64,000 nucleotides of DNA from Hyphomicrobiales bacterium (GTDB lineage Bacteria > Pseudomonadota > Alphaproteobacteria > Rhizobiales > JACESI01). Within the stretch, counting starts at the first letter, position 1. Every line of letters begins with the position of its first letter. The stretch is from contig JBDXGY010000004.1 of NCBI GenBank assembly GCA_039989895.1, positions 21,587 through 85,586 on the forward strand. The letters run 5' to 3'. The notes under the pieces were generated by a model. It saw only the letters and a list, made by a program, of their open reading frames with translations. It was not told where the DNA came from and did no database searches. Position numbers and translations under genes: made by a program. This document shows positions 31,333-39,780 of the stretch, piece by piece.

Positions 31333-31354
31333 CAAGCTCTCCCGCACGACACAC

Positions 31355-33178
31355 TTAAACCAGTGTTGCACCGCCTTCATCAATTGCCTTGTCGATGTCT
31401 TCGTCATTCACCTCATCGCTGAGCAGCATTTCATTATGCGCTTTGCCAGACGGGATCATCGGGAAACAATTGGTAAGATTAGCAACACGACAATCGAAAA
31501 TGACAGGCTTATCGCAGTCAATCATCTCTTTAATTTTATCATCCAGCTCATCCGGCTTGTCACAAGACATACCAACGCCGCCATAGGCTTCAGCAAGCTT
31601 CACAAAATCAGGCAGCGCATTGCTGTATGAATTGGACAGGCGATTACCATGTAGAAGCTGCTGCCATTGGCGCACCATGCCCATGTACTGATTATTGAGG
31701 ATGAAAATCTTCACCGGCAAATCAAACTGGACACAGGTCGACATTTCTTGAAGCAGCATTTGAATGGACGCATCACCAGCAATATCAATAACTAAGCTAT
31801 CAGGATGCGCGACTTGCACACCCATGGCAGCTGGGAAACCATAGCCCATCGTGCCAAGACCACCTGATGTCATCCAGCGGTTTGGTTCTTCAAAACCAAA
31901 ATACTGCGCAGCCCACATCTGGTGTTGGCCCACTTCCGTGGTGATATAGGTGTCATGCCCCTTGCTCATTTCGTAAAGTCGCTCGATGGCATATTGCGGC
32001 ATAATAACATCGCTGTTTGACTTGTAATTCAAACACTTGCGCGCACGCCATTTATCAATTTGTTTCCACCAGCTTTTTAAAGCGGCAGCATCGACTTTTC
32101 GCTGCTCTTCTTTCCAAATATGGATCATAGCCGCCAGCACATATTCAACATCGCCAACGATTGGAATATCAACCATGATATTCTTGTTGATCGATGAAGG
32201 ATCCATATCAATATGGATCTTCAAGGAATTTGGCGAGAACGCATCTGTGCGTCCTGTGATGCGGTCATCAAAACGCGCACCGATACAAACCATCACATCG
32301 CAATCATGCATCACCATATTGGCTTCATAAGTGCCGTGCATACCAAGCATACCAAGCCAGTTGTCACCGGAGGCCGGATAAGCGCCAAGGCCCATCAATG
32401 TGGATGTGACGGGGAAACCCGTCAGCTCAACTAACTCACGCAATTTTGCTGTTGCGCCGTCGCCGGAATTGATAACCCCGCCACCGGTATAAAGCACAGG
32501 CATCTTCGCTGAAGCCATTGCTTGAACAGCCGCGCGGATCGCATTTGCATCACCTTCAAGCTGTGGTTTATAGCTTTTATGATAGCGCCGCTGGCCGCTT
32601 GTATAAAGCCCACTGGCAAATTGCACATCTTTTGGAATATCAACCACAACAGGACCAGGCCGTCCGGTCGTTGCAACATAAAAGGCTTCATGCAAGATAC
32701 CAGGCAAATCATCGACATTTTTCACCAGCCAATTGTGCTTGGTGCAAGGACGCGTGATGCCAACAGTATCGCACTCTTGAAATGCATCATTACCGATGAG
32801 ATGGGTTGGCACCTGACCTGTGATGCAAACAAGCGGAATACTATCCATCATCGCATCTGTCAGTGCGGTCACCATATTCGTTGCACCGGGCCCTGAAGTC
32901 ACCAGCGCTACACCGGCTTTTCCCGTTGAGCGCGCATAGCCTTCCGCCGCATGCCCTGCGCCCTGCTCGTGGCGCACCAATATGTGTTCAATATCGTCTT
33001 GCTGGCAAATCTCATCATAGATCGGAAGCACAGCACCACCGGGGTAACCGAAAATATGCTCCACACCATTATCGCGAAATGCCTGCAGCACCATTTCAGC
33101 ACCAGTCATTTCGACGCCAGAACCCGCAGCCCCAGCTAAAATGGCATCGCTCATCGCAGTATCGGCACTCATCTTCAT
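31355..33178 (-). CDS. ilvI: acetolactate synthase (acetohydroxy-acid synthase) large subunit, biosynthetic type
   Basis: 607-aa ORF. GYPGGAVLPIYD and TPP-binding motif GLGTMGYGFPAAMG...DIAGDASIQM...NNQYMGMV. Confidence 0.95.
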   Translation of the reverse strand: MKMSADTAMSDAILAGAAGSGVEMTGAEMVLQAFRDNGVEHIFGYPGGAVLPIYDEICQQDDIEHILVRHEQGAGHAAEGYARSTGKAGVALVTSGPGATNMVTALTDAMMDSIPLVCITGQVPTHLIGNDAFQECDTVGITRPCTKHNWLVKNVDDLPGILHEAFYVATTGRPGPVVVDIPKDVQFASGLYTSGQRRYHKSYKPQLEGDANAIRAAVQAMASAKMPVLYTGGGVINSGDGATAKLRELVELTGFPVTSTLMGLGAYPASGDNWLGMLGMHGTYEANMVMHDCDVMVCIGARFDDRITGRTDAFSPNSLKIHIDMDPSSINKNIMVDIPIVGDVEYVLAAMIHIWKEEQRKVDAAALKSWWKQIDKWRARKCLNYKSNSDVIMPQYAIERLYEMSKGHDTYITTEVGQHQMWAAQYFGFEEPNRWMTSGGLGTMGYGFPAAMGVQVAHPDSLVIDIAGDASIQMLLQEMSTCVQFDLPVKIFILNNQYMGMVRQWQQLLHGNRLSNSYSNALPDFVKLAEAYGGVGMSCDKPDELDDKIKEMIDCDKPVIFDCRVANLTNCFPMIPSGKAHNEMLLSDEVNDEDIDKAIDEGGATLV

Positions 33179-33250
33179 TCTCCCTCAGCGCTCCCGTGCG
33201 CCACTTTCTTTATTCCATTCAATGCTCATCTCATTCAATAGGCAAGCAAC

Positions 33251-33274
33251 AAAAAAGGCTCCCTTTTGGGAGCC
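33251..33274 (-). terminator. intrinsic terminator hairpin in the ilvI leader
   Basis: Minus strand reads GGCTCCC-AAAA-GGGAGCC followed by TTTTTTG. Lies ~75 nt upstream of the ilvI ATG and ~190 nt downstream of the ldt stop. Confidence 0.7.
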
Positions 33275-33304
33275 TGTTTTCCGCACATCACCGTTCCGAG
33301 AAGC

Positions 33305-33358
33305 TTAAAAAGCTTCTCCGGCAATGTGCTTAATCACCACAAGAATAAAATTAGTCAT
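33305..33358 (-). CDS. candidate ilv leader peptide (17 codons)
   Basis: Minus-strand ATG at 33358 encodes MTNFILVVIKHIAGEAF*. Six of 17 residues are I/L/V, with the run ILVVI at codons 5-9. The SD is weak. Too short for the ORF track. Confidence 0.5.
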   Translation of the reverse strand: MTNFILVVIKHIAGEAF

Positions 33359-33463
33359 CTGATCTACTCAAGTTTCACGTTACACAAAGGGTTAATCCCC
33401 ACAAGGATATGTGTCAAGAGTTTGTTCAACTGCATCAAATGAAACCTCTGATGCAAGACAACA

Positions 33464-33886
33464 CTAGTGAGTAATATTTACCCGAAAATTATGGCGACCA
33501 TTAGCTTTTACCAGATTGAACAAGGCACGTGCATTACCTGGCGCCAAACGGATACAACCGTGTGATGCAGTCCGACCCAAACGGCTTACTTGATTGGTGC
33601 CATGAATTGCATAACCGCGATAAAAGAAGATCGAATTTGGCATTGGTGCACCGTGATACTTTTTAGAAAAGTACTTTCTATGCATCCGCGTAACACCCCA
33701 TCGTCCTGTTGGTGTTCTAAATCCTTTTTTACCAGAAGAGATAGAAAATGAATATTTCAGTTTCCCCCCGTGATAAACTTTCATCTTTTGCTGTGAAAGA
33801 TCAATTTTAGCTTCTACTCTCGCCGCCCAAGAAGGAGCGCTCATAAAACCAAATACAATCATGAATGCTATAATAAATAATCTCAT
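33464..33886 (-). CDS. L,D-transpeptidase (YkuD domain)
   Basis: ORF 33464..33967, start moved to ATG 33886 (MRLFIIAFMIVFGFMSAPSWA signal peptide). Catalytic motif HGTNQVSRLGRTASHGCIRL. Confidence 0.85.
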   Translation of the reverse strand: MRLFIIAFMIVFGFMSAPSWAARVEAKIDLSQQKMKVYHGGKLKYSFSISSGKKGFRTPTGRWGVTRMHRKYFSKKYHGAPMPNSIFFYRGYAIHGTNQVSRLGRTASHGCIRLAPGNARALFNLVKANGRHNFRVNITH

Positions 33887-34068
33887 ATCAACCTCAAAAC
33901 TACGCTTACTACATCCGCCACACATACAATAATGCATAAAAATCATTTTAAATATAGACTTACACAAAAATTATTTTTTTATACTTAGCTCCTGAAAAAT
34001 GAATTCACGAAGACTAAGTGTTTATTCAAGATATGCTTAAATTCATTCCATCTAAGCGCTTCCAAGCC

Positions 34069-34560
34069 TCACCCGTCTGGTTTCGCGCTCATAATATTAT
34101 CTCTGAGGGATGTAATTAAGCTCACCATCTCATCAAGGGTTTCAAAATCATAGCCCGTTTGACCAATGATGCATTTGGTAATATCTCCAGCCTCTTTCTC
34201 GAGCGCTGATCCGCTATGCGTCAAAAACACAAACACCTGTCTCTCATCTGTTTTGCCGCGCCTTCTCTCAACATAACCCAAACCTTCAAGGCGTTTAAGA
34301 AGAGGTGTAAGAGTGCTTGATTCCAATTTGAGATATTCACAAAGTTCGCCAACGCTCACGCCATCCTTTTCCCACAACACGGTCAAAGTAATATATTGCG
34401 GATAAGTAAGATTAAGCTTCTTAAGCAAAGGCGCATAAGCCCGATTAAAAGCATGGCCTGCGGAATAGATAGAAAAACAAATAAGCTCTTTTGCGCTTTT
34501 AGGTAGATCGTCGTTGAGAACAGTTCGCGGCATAGGCCTCTTCCAAAAAATATAATTCAA
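34069..34560 (-). CDS. MarR-family regulator, OhrR-like (organic hydroperoxide sensor type)
   Basis: 163-aa ORF (alternative start Met10 at 34533). Sensing-Cys context ELICFSIYSA resembles OhrR LCFALYSA. wHTH region is GVSVGELCEYLKLESSTLTPLLKRLEGLGYVERRR. A second Cys lies in ITKCIIG. Confidence 0.75.
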   Translation of the reverse strand: MNYIFWKRPMPRTVLNDDLPKSAKELICFSIYSAGHAFNRAYAPLLKKLNLTYPQYITLTVLWEKDGVSVGELCEYLKLESSTLTPLLKRLEGLGYVERRRGKTDERQVFVFLTHSGSALEKEAGDITKCIIGQTGYDFETLDEMVSLITSLRDNIMSAKPDG

Positions 34561-34616
34561 TCATCACGGTTGAATTGCCTATATCATCATTGACAATAGA
34601 GCCAAACCTTCCCTAA

Positions 34617-34634
34617 TATATCGCACACGATATA
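34617..34634. promoter_or_regulatory. candidate MarR/OhrR operator (perfect inverted repeat)
   Basis: TATATCG-CACA-CGATATA in the 132-bp divergent region between the OhrR-like gene and the P460-family gene. Confidence 0.35.
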
Positions 34635-34692
34635 ATCGCTCAATATAAAATAACGGTAAAATGCAACCACCGACAAAGAAAGATAATAAAAA

Positions 34693-35211
34693 ATGAAGTT
34701 ATCAATTGTAAGCGCATTAGCAGCACTGATTATGAGCACAACAGCACAGGCAGAAGAGACAAAAATTGCATTGCCTGCTGACTATCAATCCACTTTCACG
34801 AATTATCTCAATCTGGATAGAGTCCAAAATGACGACCAGATAATTCATCTATATGCCAATGATATTGCCATGAAGGGTCGGGATGCTTCTGGCAAGTTTC
34901 CTAATGGGTCAATCGTCATCGGCGAAGTTTATAAAGCAAAAAAAGACGAAAATGGTGATGTCATAGAAAGCCAACTTGGCCAACGCATCCGTGGCAAACT
35001 TGCTATCATAGCAGTTATGGAAAAACAGGAAGGCTGGGGCAAGGATTTCAGCGAAGAACATAAAAACGGTGACTGGGATTTTGCAGCCTTTAAACCTGAT
35101 GGAACTGATGCAAAAAAAGACCTCAATAGCTGCCGAGCCTGTCATGCGCCATTGGCAGAACAAGACCATCTCTTCTCATTCGAACATATTGGCCAGCATA
35201 TAGGTCGCTAG
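34693..35211 (+). CDS. cytochrome P460-family haem protein (periplasmic)
   Basis: 172-aa ORF. Signal peptide MKLSIVSALAALIMSTTAQA and a single C-terminal haem motif CRACH followed by DHLFSF. FPNGSIVIGEVYKAK and IAVMEKQEGWG fit the P460 family pattern. Confidence 0.7.
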   Translation: MKLSIVSALAALIMSTTAQAEETKIALPADYQSTFTNYLNLDRVQNDDQIIHLYANDIAMKGRDASGKFPNGSIVIGEVYKAKKDENGDVIESQLGQRIRGKLAIIAVMEKQEGWGKDFSEEHKNGDWDFAAFKPDGTDAKKDLNSCRACHAPLAEQDHLFSFEHIGQHIGR

Positions 35212-36122
35212 TTCCGCTTGTTTTCATCATCAACGTCGATACGCTGCCAATCTTCTCCCATCTGATTGCGTAGCCATGTCATTTGCCTCTTGGCGTATCG
35301 GCGGCTTTCTTGTTTTGCATCAAGAATAGCATCCTCCAACGGCATTGTGCCCTCAAGATGGGCCATAAATTGCGGCACGCCAATTGCCTTCATAGCTGGC
35401 AGGTCCCAATCCAGCTGCAATTTGGCAAGCGCTGCAACCTCCTCAAGCGCGCCCTCACCCACCATCGCGTCAAAGCGAGCATTAATACGCTCATAAAGAA
35501 CATCGCGCTCAGGCAAGGCAATAATTTTGCGGCAGTCTTTCGCTGATAAAAGTGGCGAAGCTTGCGCCTCTTGTTGCCAATGCAAAATCGATTTGCCTGT
35601 AGCCTCATAGACTTCAAGAGCCCGCAAAATGCGCTGGGCATCCGTCGGCTTTAAGCTATCAGCCATTTGGGGGTCAACAGCCGCCAGCCTTTGATGCATT
35701 TTTTCCGCATTCTCTTCTAAAAAGAGCGCCCTTAAGCCAGCACGCACCTCATCAGCTATGTCGGGAATGCGCGCAAATCCTTCAAGCAACGCCTTAAAAT
35801 AAAGCCCTGTTCCGCCAACAATGATCGGCAGTTCATCTTCAGCCAAACCCGCCAGAAGCTCGCCCATTTCATCCAGCCAGCGGCCAGTATTAAAAACTTC
35901 CTTTGAGGACACGAATCCATAAAGTACATGCTTCACCTGCGCTTCATCGTCTACGCTTGGTCGCGCGCTAATAATGCGCAATTCACGATAAACTTGCATA
36001 GAATCCGCATTGACTATAATTGGACACAAACCTGCACGCTTTACGCGATCGGCTTCAAATAATGCCAATGACGACTTGCCGCTCGCCGTTGGTCCCGCTA
36101 TCAAAACGGCACGTTCACTCAT
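35208..36122 (-). CDS. miaA: tRNA dimethylallyltransferase
   Basis: ORF 35208..36302, start moved to ATG 36122 (MSERAVLIAGPTASGKSSLAL, P-loop). The longer reading would overlap serB by 164 nt. Confidence 0.9.
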   Translation of the reverse strand: MSERAVLIAGPTASGKSSLALFEADRVKRAGLCPIIVNADSMQVYRELRIISARPSVDDEAQVKHVLYGFVSSKEVFNTGRWLDEMGELLAGLAEDELPIIVGGTGLYFKALLEGFARIPDIADEVRAGLRALFLEENAEKMHQRLAAVDPQMADSLKPTDAQRILRALEVYEATGKSILHWQQEAQASPLLSAKDCRKIIALPERDVLYERINARFDAMVGEGALEEVAALAKLQLDWDLPAMKAIGVPQFMAHLEGTMPLEDAILDAKQESRRYAKRQMTWLRNQMGEDWQRIDVDDENKRN

Positions 36123-36138
36123 TCTGTAAAGTTCCTTC

Positions 36139-37023
36139 ATGTCTCTTGTAACAACTCTTATATCTGATCCTAGAAATCCACAAATCACGGGTGAAATCAT
36201 TGGTATGGTAGCTGACGCCTTAGATCGTATGATCGTCGTCTCATGGCTCGACCAACAAGCTGCATGTGATTTTGATCTCAATGCCAATGAGGTCGAGCGC
36301 ATTCAAGCGCTGGCGCCACAACTTAATGCGCTTAAGATCGATTGCGCCATTCAAAAGGCGAGCGAGCGGCGCAAAACTGTTTTGGTGGCCGACATGGATT
36401 CCACTATGATCGAACAAGAGTGCATTGATGAACTGGCAGATGCCATTGGCATTAAAGACAAAGTGTCGAACATCACGGAGCGAGCCATGCGCGGTGAGAT
36501 CGAGTTTGACCCCGCCCTTCGCGAACGCGTCCTGCTTTTAAAAGGCCTGCCTCTATCCAAGATCGATGAAGTGATCGAAAATCATATCACACTGCGTGCC
36601 GGCGGACGCCAACTTGTTCAAACCATGAAGGCGAAAGGTGGATATACCGCTCTTGTCTCTGGCGGCTTTACAATGTTCACCAGCCGCATCGCAGCAATGC
36701 TCGGTTTTGATGAAAACCGCGCGAATACATTACTCACCGAAGAAGACAGATTGAGCGGCATGGTGCAGGAGCCAATTCTGGGGTCTGATGCAAAAGTAGC
36801 GGCCGTTCAAGAGATCTGTGCCAAACTCAAAATTACACCATCAAATGTCATGGCGATCGGCGACGGGGCAAATGATCTTGGCATGATAAAGCTGGCCGGA
36901 TCAGGCGTTGCCGTTCACGCCAAACCAAAGGTCGCTGAAGAGGCCAATATCGCCATCAACCACGGCGACCTGACAGCTCTGTTGTATCTACAAGGCTACT
37001 CAAGCAATGAATTTGTGACTTAG
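36139..37023 (+). CDS. serB: phosphoserine phosphatase
   Basis: 294-aa ORF. HAD motifs LVADMDSTMIEQECIDELA, SGGF and GDGANDLGM. Confidence 0.9.
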   Translation: MSLVTTLISDPRNPQITGEIIGMVADALDRMIVVSWLDQQAACDFDLNANEVERIQALAPQLNALKIDCAIQKASERRKTVLVADMDSTMIEQECIDELADAIGIKDKVSNITERAMRGEIEFDPALRERVLLLKGLPLSKIDEVIENHITLRAGGRQLVQTMKAKGGYTALVSGGFTMFTSRIAAMLGFDENRANTLLTEEDRLSGMVQEPILGSDAKVAAVQEICAKLKITPSNVMAIGDGANDLGMIKLAGSGVAVHAKPKVAEEANIAINHGDLTALLYLQGYSSNEFVT

Positions 37024-37044
37024 GGCGCAAGCCGGTATCAAGTT

Positions 37045-38550
37045 CTATTCTGTTTTAATGGCAACAAATCTCAGTTCACCATCAATACCTGACATCAAAA
37101 AGAGGACTGACTTTCTGTCTTCTTGTTTTAACGCTTCAAGCCGCGCCACAATAGCGTCGCGTGTTTCTACAATGCTTTGGCCAACTTCCATGACGACTTC
37201 GCCGACCAACACGCCTTTTTCAGCGGCTTTAGAATCCGTCTCGACATGCGTAATCACGAGTCCTTTGATGCTATCGGCAACTTTATATTTTTCCCGCAAT
37301 TCTTCTGTTAGCTCAGTGACGGTCATACCCAATATAACAGTCGGATCATCCGAATTTGGCTTTTCTTTTTCAGTGCCTAAGCGGGTTGAATCATTATTCG
37401 CCAGTTTCTCGCCCTCTTCCAAACGGCCAAGGTCAACCTTGAATTTCAGTGTTTTTCCTTTCCGGAAAACCTCCACATCAACGGCTTCACCAACCGGCGT
37501 ATCAGCAACCATACGAGGCAAATCTTTCATCTCTTTGACAGGGCGGCCATCAAAGGTAACGACTACATCACCAGCCGCAATACCAGCAGCCTCTGCCGGC
37601 CCTGTTGCTGTCACGCCTGCCACCAGCGCGCCGCGCGGTTCGCCAAGCTCAAGACCAACCGCAATATCTTCCGTGACCTGTTGAATGCGCACGCCCAACC
37701 AACCACGACGGGTTTCACCAAATTCCCGCAACTGAGAAATAACAGCTACAGCCGTGTCACTAGGAACAGAAAAACCAACCCCGACGGAACCACCGCCTGA
37801 AGGCGAGAAAATTGCTGTATTAATACCAATCACTTCGCCCTTTTCGTTAAACAGCGGGCCACCTGAATTACCTTTATTGATCGCAGCATCGGTTTGAATG
37901 AAATTATCATAAGGGCCAGAATTTATGTCGCGATTAATCGCAGACACAATGCCCGCAGAAAGTGAACTGGAAAGGCCGAACGGATTACCAATCGCCATCA
38001 CCCAATCGCCAACCCGCATTTTTTCAGACGAGCCAAAATTCACAAAAGGCAAAGGCTTGTCAGATTTAACTTTCAAAACCGCCAAATCAGTTTTTTTATC
38101 CGTGCCAACAAGCTCCGCAATCAACGCGTCTCCATTAGCAAAATTGATTGTAATTTCATCAGCACCTTCAATCACATGATTATTGGTAATGATGATGCCG
38201 GATGAGTCGATAACAAAGCCTGACCCTAAAGATTGCACGCGTCTTTGACGCCCTTGGCCTCTTTCTTGACGCTCAAAAAACTCATCAAAAAACTCTTCGA
38301 AAGGCGAACCATCAGGGGCTTCAGGGCGCTGCGGTCCACGGTTGCGTCTTGCCTCACCACCAACATTAGTCGCTGTTGAAATATTCACCACTGCATCAAG
38401 CAAAGTTTCAGCCAGATCAGCAATGGAGTCTGGACCATTATGAGCGCGAACACTCTGACCGCTTGTTGATATAAGGAGAGCAAATGCCGCAAGTAACGGG
38501 ATCAAATAGGAAAATTTTTTGCCAAATGCGGCTGATATCTGCGCGCTCAT
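37045..38550 (-). CDS. degP: Do-family serine endopeptidase (DegP/HtrA-like), two PDZ domains
   Basis: 501-aa ORF with signal peptide. Catalytic triad context TNNHVI, DLAVLKV, GNSGGPL. C-terminal PDZ-like repeats. Confidence 0.9.
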   Translation of the reverse strand: MSAQISAAFGKKFSYLIPLLAAFALLISTSGQSVRAHNGPDSIADLAETLLDAVVNISTATNVGGEARRNRGPQRPEAPDGSPFEEFFDEFFERQERGQGRQRRVQSLGSGFVIDSSGIIITNNHVIEGADEITINFANGDALIAELVGTDKKTDLAVLKVKSDKPLPFVNFGSSEKMRVGDWVMAIGNPFGLSSSLSAGIVSAINRDINSGPYDNFIQTDAAINKGNSGGPLFNEKGEVIGINTAIFSPSGGGSVGVGFSVPSDTAVAVISQLREFGETRRGWLGVRIQQVTEDIAVGLELGEPRGALVAGVTATGPAEAAGIAAGDVVVTFDGRPVKEMKDLPRMVADTPVGEAVDVEVFRKGKTLKFKVDLGRLEEGEKLANNDSTRLGTEKEKPNSDDPTVILGMTVTELTEELREKYKVADSIKGLVITHVETDSKAAEKGVLVGEVVMEVGQSIVETRDAIVARLEALKQEDRKSVLFLMSGIDGELRFVAIKTE

Positions 38551-38673
38551 CTAAGTGCATCCTTCAAGGTGTCATGTTGATTTATAACATGATGCTAAAT
38601 GGATTGCATATCAACGCGACATAACGTGCTTTTGATAAATAAAATGATTTTTCCGCAGTTCAACAGTCACTTT

Positions 38674-38865
38674 TTAGCCGCGCATCAACCAAACGATGAA
38701 AACGCCGGCGCCAAGAGCGACCAAGCCGCCCGTCCTTAATGATGATGATGGCATCTGTAAAAAACGAGCCATCATCGCTTTTGTTTGATCGGGGAACGCC
38801 GCATAGACGATCCCCTCAATCACAAGAACGAGGGCAAGACCAACAATAAGATCACTCACCCTCAA
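38674..38865 (-). CDS. DUF2065-family small membrane protein
   Basis: 63-aa ORF (TTG start) with two TM helices, immediately downstream of hflC as is typical for DUF2065. Confidence 0.65.
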   Translation of the reverse strand: MRVSDLIVGLALVLVIEGIVYAAFPDQTKAMMARFLQMPSSSLRTGGLVALGAGVFIVWLMRG

Positions 38866-38872
38866 ACCCTAC

Positions 38873-39778
38873 CTAGTTGCCGCTTGCTGATGGCAAATCC
38901 GGACGGGTTGCCCCATCGTTTTTAAAGTAACGGAAAAACTCAGAATCAGGAGACAAGACAAGCGTTGTATCCGTGCCTTCAATCGCATTTTCATAAGCAC
39001 TCATAGAGCGATAAAACTCGAAGAATTCAGGATCACGGCCAAACGCCTCCGCGAACAAACGGTTCCGCTCTGCATCACCTTGACCACGAAGAATTTCGCT
39101 ATCACGATTGGCCTCAGCCACAACTTCAACTGCCTGACGGTCTGCGATCGCTTTGATACGCTGCTCCGCCTCACGACCGCGCGCACGCAGTCTTTCAGCT
39201 TCGGCCAAACGTTCAGCCGACATACGGTCAAATGTTTGTTGCGAGACTTCTGCGGTCAAATCCGTACGACGTACCCGCACATCAACAACCTTCATACCAA
39301 AGGCCTTCACCTGTGGAATAAGGAGCTGGCGTACCTCAAGCATCATTTCATTGCGTTCTTCTGAAAGAGCGGCCTCAAAGCCACGACGACCATAAACATC
39401 ACGCAATCCATCATTAAGACGGGTTCTTAAAAGGCGCTCTGCCTGTTGAATGCTACCGGATGCACGCTCTTTAAACAGCGACAAATCTTCAATGCGATAC
39501 ACCACGAAGGCATCAACCACATAGAATTTACCACCACTCACTTGAAGTGTAATATCTTCAAGGTCGAGACGAATAAACCGATCTTCTACAACTTGAACTG
39601 TTTCAACAATATTGGTTGGAACTTTGAAATATAGACCAGGCTCTTTGATGATACGTTTGATCTCACCAAATCTCAAAACCAGCGCCTGCTGTCGCTCGTT
39701 GATAACAAAGACCGACGAATAAACGATAAAGAAGAGAATAAGCAATGCGCCTAAAATTAAAGGAAAACGGTTGGCCAT
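38873..39778 (-). CDS. hflC: FtsH protease modulator HflC
   Basis: 301-aa ORF. N-terminal TM plus SPFH/band-7 domain. 2-nt gap from hflK. Confidence 0.9.
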   Translation of the reverse strand: MANRFPLILGALLILFFIVYSSVFVINERQQALVLRFGEIKRIIKEPGLYFKVPTNIVETVQVVEDRFIRLDLEDITLQVSGGKFYVVDAFVVYRIEDLSLFKERASGSIQQAERLLRTRLNDGLRDVYGRRGFEAALSEERNEMMLEVRQLLIPQVKAFGMKVVDVRVRRTDLTAEVSQQTFDRMSAERLAEAERLRARGREAEQRIKAIADRQAVEVVAEANRDSEILRGQGDAERNRLFAEAFGRDPEFFEFYRSMSAYENAIEGTDTTLVLSPDSEFFRYFKNDGATRPDLPSASGN

Positions 39779-39780
39779 GA

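Larger units (their letters stand above)
33251..33358 (-). promoter_or_regulatory. candidate leader-peptide transcription attenuator of ilvI
   Basis: A leader ORF, a perfect 9-bp hairpin GAGAAGCTT-TTT-AAGCTTCTC (33298-33318) spanning the leader stop codon, and a terminator hairpin with T6 (33251-33274), all in the ilvI 5' region. Confidence 0.55.

Noticed and set aside
33431-33455. Inverted repeat TGCATCA-N11-TGATGCA just downstream of the L,D-transpeptidase stop
   Set aside because: It could be a terminator stem, but no T tract follows it on the minus strand. It is too weak to report as a feature.
35208-36302. Full 364-aa reading of the miaA ORF
   Set aside because: The N-terminal 60 residues have no MiaA similarity and would overlap serB by 164 nt. 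The P-loop-proximal ATG at 36122 gives a normal ~304-aa MiaA. Similar N-terminal trimming was applied to leuA, thyA, ilvH, the PhzF-like gene, the ldt gene, the ROK regulator, the epimerase, the FAD oxidase and the aminopeptidase P ORF.
37058-37684. 208-aa plus-strand ORF
   Set aside because: It is antisense to the degP PDZ region, has Ser/Thr/Pro-rich low complexity, and shows no start context.
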